Source: the human T2T-CHM13v2.0 reference genome, Homo sapiens. From it: DNA of 64,000 nucleotides. Shown here in pieces: positions 59,971 to 64,000 of this stretch. The number at the start of each line of letters is the position of its first letter. The stretch's first letter is position 1. The stretch lies in NCBI RefSeq assembly GCF_009914755.1, contig NC_060927.1. One strand, written 5' to 3'. The translations under genes and the position numbers were made by a program. The notes under the pieces were generated by a model, which did not search any database, was not told the origin of the DNA, and was given only the letters and a program-made list of their open reading frames with translations.

Positions 59971-60561
59971 GAGTTTACGCGAGTCTAAGCAATGTGCATA
60001 TAATAAAAACAACAGCAAAGTTACTGAATGTGTGCCAAGCATTAGACAAATATAAACTTGTTTAGTCTTCATAGCAAAGTTTTAAATGAGTAGAAGTGTA
60101 CAATCCCCATTTTGCAGAAGAGAAAACTGAGGTGCACAGAGGTTAAGTAACTTGCCAGAGGTGGCAGGTCTGATAAGAGATGAGATTCACATCCCTTCCA
60201 CCCACCCCCAAATTAAGCACTATTTTAGATTTTTTTTTTTAACCTTACTCATTCTTGAGCATATGATCATGAAAAAAGGTACAATGTGACATAAGTAGAC
60301 AGCTGTTGCTACTAGCTTCTTTCCTAATCTCTCTCTTTGGAAAGTGGGGGAGCTGAGGATTTTTATTTTAATATAATTTCTAGCCCATTTCGAGACATAG
60401 TTTTACCCACTAGATGTAGCATCTTTTGATGATAAGGATGATGATGATTGTTTAAATCAATTATTGTCACGATGGTGGCAAAGTGGCAAGGTCTAACTCC
60501 ATCCTACATTTATTAGTCTGTATTCTACTCAGAAAAACTGCACTCTTTCCATCATCTCCAT

Positions 60562-60985
60562 TGATGAAAGAAAAACTTCAGCTAAATTAAATGTAAAGGA
60601 GTTTAATTGAGCAATGAACGGTTCGCCAATCGGGCAGCTCCCAGAATCACAGTGGATTCACAGAGACTCCAGCGCAGCCACGTGGTGGAAGAAGATTTAT
60701 AGAGGAAAAAAGGGAAATGACTTACAGAAATCAGAAGTGAGGTACAGAACAGCTGGATTGGTTACAGCTTGGCATTTGCCTTACACAGTTTGAACACTCA
60801 GCAATGTATAAATGGTTAAAATATGGCCACTGGGATTGCCAAGACTTAGCTGTTGTTTTAGGTCCATACTTCTAAGTTAGGTTTTCAATCTTGTCTACCT
60901 ATTAAGCTAGGTTGCAGTTCGTCCACAAGGACTCAAATATAGAAGTACCGAGTCCTCCTTAGGCCATATTTAGTTCACTGTAACA
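60562..60985 (-). mobile_element. Solo MER57A1-like LTR (ERV1)
   Basis: Reverse strand has TAAATATGGCC...CTTCCACCACGTGGCTGCGCTGGAGTCTC, as in MER57A. Near-TSD CCAT/CTAT. Confidence 0.82.
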
Positions 60986-63900
60986 CTATTCGTCGGTGAA
61001 TTGTTTTATTCACTTGTATCACTGTGGACTCATGGATTCTTTTTTATTAAATGGCAAACCGATGCTCTTTCCTGATACATACACTCTGCTGCCTCTGTTT
61101 TCAGTCATTTAATCTTCACAGGAGCCCTGCAAATGGGGTCCTACTATTATTCCCATTTTGCCAGAGAGAAACTTGGCCACAGAGTTCCACATGACATTTA
61201 CATGACTCTAAGGTCAAGTAACTTGCCAAGGGTGACACAGCTTGGGATCAAATTTCCCAAAGCTGGACTCCAATCACTCTTAGCACCCTCCTCTTGACAA
61301 AACTGGATTTGAGTTTCCATATTGTTCATCATTACCCCTACTGGGTCCGCCGGGATAGAGCAAAGACTTGCTAATGTTTGAGAGTGAACGTTTAAACTTG
61401 GTGAGAGCTTGTGAACATTTTGCCAAAAGGAGGAAGACCACCTATAGAATTAATCAAAGGCTGTTTATTCAGACGTTACTATGCTAAGGGAGTTGGCTAC
61501 TATCACTTTCCTTCCAAATGAGACTAGAAGTCGTTTGAAAGAAGTGTTAGTTTTATAGAGATAAAGGAGAGACTCTTAAGACTGTCTTTGATTGATGAGT
61601 GTTCTTTTAAGATGCGATTATTCTATTATGGGGGGATTTTTGAAAGTGGAGTCGGGAGAGGCTTTCTGATTGTCATCCAAGTACATTTGGTATTCTTTGA
61701 TTTGTTTACTATCTACTGGTGCGTAACTTGGGGTCTTTCCAGGGTTAGCAGCCTCCTAAGAGTTTTCCTGTCTGAATTGGAAGACTGTCTCATCCTTGGT
61801 TCTGGGGTCCAAATCTTTCATCAGCAATTCCTCAGTGTCTTTACTCGTATTATCTCATTCTGCCTTCTCTGCAGGAAGGTGGTAGGGGAGAAGGGACAGA
61901 AGGAAGAAAGAGAACCATTTATGTAGCACCTCCAGTGTCTAGCACTGGACTTTGATTAGAAAAAGTAATCAATAAACATATGTGGAATGAATTGCATTAT
62001 AGAGTTCCTCGTAAGATTTCTCCCTATTTCATACTCCCCGCTTCCACCCTCCAACCTCCCCCAAATAGGAATCTCTTTGAGAACAGGGAATCTAGATTCT
62101 ACCAGAGTTCTGCACTGTGCTTTCCTGGAACAAGCATTAAGTTTTCAGCCAAACTGGATTGGATTCAAATCTGACCTCCACCCCCTTGAACACCTGTGAC
62201 TAGGAAAATACCTGGTTCATAGGGTAGTAGTAAGTAGTCAATGATCAGATGTTGCATGTAAAGACCTTGCACATAGTAAAGACTTCATAGATGTTCTTTT
62301 TCTTCCTCTAGTGGGTCCATAACAAATATTTGCTTGATATCAAATGTGAAACACTAGGGCCAATCTGAGATGTAGGTTAGGAGACCCCTGACACTTTGTA
62401 ATTTATCTTGATAGCACTGGAGAATTACAGAGATGTACAAATGCCAGACAAAAGTATTAAGAGTCTAAAGTGGTTGCCTCCAAGAAGAGGATAGAGAGTA
62501 GTGGTCAAGGAACCATTACATTTTGTTTTAGAGTTTCAAATATTCAGATTCCTGGTCTCCACCTCATACTCATGAAATCAGAATCACTTAGGATGGAGAC
62601 TGGGACCTGCATTTTAAATAATCTTTTCAAAGTGTTCTTTAGTTTGAGAACTAAAAAAGCAAACAAAGCAAACCATAGTGGTGAACTCTGAAGATGTTTC
62701 CTGGTGAATCCAAAGACGAGTTACTCTGCTATCCCCCATTTGGTTCCTAAATATAGGACAAAAAGTTGATAAATCATAGATGGAGATGATGACTGGTGCT
62801 TTCAGAGAGCCTTGACACCTGGTACCAGACCCATTTTCTACCCGTGGTCTAAATCGGCTGCGACATGTAGAAGCATTGGCTTAAGGTGAATGAACAGCTA
62901 TTCTACGCTTTTGCTGTGTCAAAATGGCAATTGTGAACTGCTTGAACAGTAACTATGGCCATAGGCAATAGCACTATTGAAAGCATTCTGCACTCTGATA
63001 TCAGACTGAAGCACAGAGGTAGACATTGCAAGTGTTGACTCTGTGATTTAAAAGCTCCATGACCCTGGACCAGTTACTTAACAATCTCAATTCCTTGATC
63101 TGTGGAAAGGGGATTATGATAGTACCTATTTTGCCAATGAGATGCATCCTCAAACACTTGAGATCCCAGTGGCTGTTACCTACCATACCTTCATTATTTG
63201 ACTAAGAACTCTTTTTCGTGTGTTTATTTCTTTAGTATTTACATCTGTGAACCTCAGTTTTCCTATTAGTAAAATGAAGGTCAAGTATGACATCTTATTT
63301 GAGCTGTGAGTTGACAGTGTAACACTTCTCATAAACTGCATGCATTTGAAATATGAAGTTGTAAAACTCTACGATTAAGCTTTGTATTTCTAGCACCTTG
63401 GCTATACTGTTTCTTATTCAGTTAATTGTTGCAAAAAGAAAAATAAAAACATCAGCAGGCCTATATGCCTTCGCTTTCATCTTAGCAGTGCCTGTTAACA
63501 GTGAAATAATGTGCTCATTTTCATATTCGCACTGATTACTCTAGGGGCGCAGATTTACCAGAGAGACATATCATGAAACCCAGCAAAGGGATACTGCATC
63601 TAGCAGTTCTGGTGGTGTTTTATCATTACCTTTTCACTTGAGCATAAAAACTGTTTGACAAATACTAATTGTAACCAGCAGAGCTGAATAGAATATTTTA
63701 AGAAACAACCCTAATTTTCATGAATTACATATTTGAGTTCATACTGCTGCATGTCAAGAATGAAAATCACTATTACAATGATGAAATAAAGGGCATCTGT
63801 GGATTTCATCTGGTTAATTTTTTAATGGATAACAGATTTCTGGAATTTACAGGAGACTAAACTTTTTGGTCTTTCATTGTATGCATAGGTAATATCACTG

Positions 63901-64000
63901 TTGCTATTTGTGATAGCCATTTTAACCAGTGATTCAGTTGTATTGTTTGCCAGTGGCACAGAAAGAATGGTCATTGTGCTCAAGTTATTTTTCCCTCTTC

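Noticed and set aside
61410-61800. Possible further degenerate LTR
   Set aside because: It looks LTR-like, but I could not assign a family, termini or TSD.
61946-61954. Isolated HNF4-like CAAAGTCCA, plus scattered E-boxes (TATCACGTGG near 55291 and 57399)
   Set aside because: Short motifs are expected by chance in 64 kb and have no supporting context.
63170-64000. Possible ancient DNA-transposon or coding relic
   Set aside because: No sustained ORF or recognisable motif; it would need a Dfam or tBLASTx search.

Overview
Human (primate) genomic DNA containing the 5' end of SUCLG2, the mitochondrial GDP-forming succinyl-CoA ligase beta subunit, on the minus strand. Coding exon 1 is at 57817-57900 inside a CpG island, intron 1 is about 44.9 kb (12908-57816), coding exon 2 is at 12766-12907, and intron 2 runs off the left edge. 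The promoter looks bidirectional: two strong plus-strand splice donors at 58389 and 58417 fit the divergent lncRNA I recall as SUCLG2-DT/AS1. Three solo ERV LTRs (LTR12/ERV9, MER4A1, MER57A1) follow within about 3 kb. The rest is intronic sequence with about 19 Alu/FLAM elements plus MIR, L2, L1M, MaLR/ERVL LTRs, DNA-transposon relics and microsatellites. Nearly all ORFs in the supplied track are repeat-derived or chance ORFs, and the real exon 2 is missing from it. I cannot support a wholly new biological system. The best leads are: an NF-Y-rich LTR12 next to the promoter whose poly(A) hexamer is destroyed; inverted Alus that could fold the pre-mRNA around exon 2; and several odd retrotransposon structures (shared triple TSD, trimeric Alu, fold-back Alu head). 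Repeat family names come from recalled consensus sequences, not a search, and repeat boundaries are approximate unless a TSD is given.
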